A stretch of 64,000 nt of DNA, taken from the NCBI GenBank assembly GCA_020137815.1, contig CM035356.1:3720001-3784000 (forward strand), read 5' to 3'. Source of the stretch: Hormiphora californensis (lineage: Eukaryota; Animalia; Ctenophora). Numbering within the stretch: the first letter of the stretch is position 1; every line of letters begins with the position of its first letter. The notes under the pieces are model-generated. The model was given only the letters and a program-made list of their open reading frames with translations, did not search any database and had not been told where the DNA came from. The translations under genes were made by a program, and so were the position numbers. Positions 62,235 to 64,000 of this stretch are shown here, piece after piece.

Positions 62235-64000
62235 AGTTGGGAGTCTATAACAGGGAATTATCGGGTTGTTAGTTTTCTTAGCTAACGCTCAAAGAAAGAA
62301 TATTGTTTACACTTCAAACGACACAAGGGACGGTTAATATTCAATTTAACACAAACAAGGCTGCAAGAAATATGCAATACTAAAGATCGTTAATGTAATG
62401 AAAGAAAGCTCCCTCTACGCTGTATACAACTAAAGCGAAAGTTCGCAAAGTTTCTGCCAATTAAGCATGTAAAGTGTAACAAGCTATAGCAACGAGTCAG
62501 TATTGTTCCACAAGTCACACACAACTTTGAGCAAAGGTGGAGCGCGCGAGTTCTCACTTGTAGAGAAGAGCGCGCGTTGTCCTGGTGACCAACCTACCGT
62601 AAACAGGGTGGCCCCAAAATCAACGGACAACGCCTGCAAACGACAAAACAAAACTGTAATTGGTAAAGCGGTGGCCAGTTAGAACTGTTAAGAAATGCAA
62701 ATGGCTTTGTTTGGCTTGCACATTAATTAAAGATGGCAGCATTCCAATACTCCGGTCGGACACCGATTTATTGGAACCCCGATTTAGCAGCTACCGATGA
62801 TTATTGATCCCACAATCCACACTTAGCAGTTAGCACAGGAGGGTATGAAACTTTGAATCTTAGAAACTGAAACAAACTAGATATGAAACAAGAAAACATA
62901 ACATAGTTGAGACTGATTGCCATGCTCGACCCTCATTCAGTTTCATTCGTACAACTCAACAAGTGACACTGACATGCTACTTTGCCGTTGACAAAATAAA
63001 CAAGACGCAAAATAAACAAAATTAGTGGACACGTACAATGTACATACACTTCAGAATCAGAGTACAGAAGGACTATTTGGCAATCAAATATCAATTTCAC
63101 TGTTTCATCCAGCACCTGTCTGGCACTCGTCTCTAGAGAAATCTGTATGGCGGCGCCATACCCCATCAGATGGGTCGCGGCGCCAGACATAGAGAAATCG
63201 AAGTTTGAAAAGCAACCTAACGTTGAACTTTCATGCCAGAGGGACCCTCAGTCCCTCAACCGTAACGGTAACCCTTACCATGCATCATGACCCGAAGGTT
63301 ATGGACTAGTGAGTAGGTACTATGCCCTATGGAGCAATCAAGATAAGCCTGGTGCGACCCTTAGTCGTGGTCAGGGACGCGAATAAAAACGTCACCACTA
63401 GGTCACCATTAGATCACGATTAGATCACGATGACTCATGAATACTTATAATTTCTTGGTTTATCGATATGCTCCCATTCCAACCAAATATAACCGAGAAG
63501 AACCATTGAAAATCTAAACAGCAATGAACAATTATAATCTATCCGGCATCCTCTGAAAGCTGTAATTGCTGGATAACAACCTTAATGTTGACTGCAAGCT
63601 GCATGTGCATCAAGATGTGTACTATACCTACAAACACACAACACGTACAATACGACTATAGACGCAAGACTACATATAGTGTAAAACGGTGTACCGTCTA
63701 TGGAAGAATGAGAGGGGGACCGGGAAGTACATGACATTGTACTACGTAGATACCAACTACAATAAAAGTTGTGCGGGACTCTCTTTACTCTCCAGCTCTA
63801 TACCCTCTACCAGTTATGTTCCTGCCTTCTGACTCTTGTCCTGATACTGAGAGATGAATGCAACTTGTACAGAGACAAGTTCAGCCAGCGATCAGATTGG
63901 ATCAATGCCGCCACACAGCAACTTGAAGAGTACACTTTGAGCTAAAAGACTGGTGCTAGAAGTAGAAAGTAGGAAGCATATCATAGGTAAATAAATAAAA

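Noticed and set aside
62933-63190. Short minus-strand ORF and repeat-like sequence near the window end
   Set aside because: No recognisable domain, exon chain or element termini

Overview
Animal genomic DNA with GT-AG introns. It is probably a ctenophore or similar invertebrate; this is inferred from intronless genes, intron-nested genes and splice acceptors just before start codons, and is not proven. Host genes in order: FAM102/EEIG NT-C2 gene (partial, -), PDE12, a degenerate AIG1/GIMAP-like GTPase-fold gene, FBXL13/DRC6, SYCP1, a myristoylated EF-hand protein, a two-box HMGB protein with a frameshifted GPCR and two foldback transposons in one intron, MORN3 with SCPEP1 and a second GPCR in its introns, ROPN1L, and a carboxylesterase. 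Positions ~1.6-21.3 kb are a transposon nest: an ORF1-only LINE derivative, an intact CR1-group LINE with a likely -1 frameshift, a palindromic foldback element and a 5'-truncated minus-strand LINE. The most striking feature is a young 9.1-kb LTR element inserted in the foldback (832-bp LTRs that look identical, CGCG target duplication, tRNA-type primer site). It has gag but no pol, and carries two unrelated envelope-like genes in tandem: a class III herpes-gB/chuvirus-G-like glycoprotein and a class I baculovirus-F/errantivirus-Env-like protein with an inserted PAN/apple-like module. Family assignments come from motif recognition by eye and need HMM or structure confirmation.
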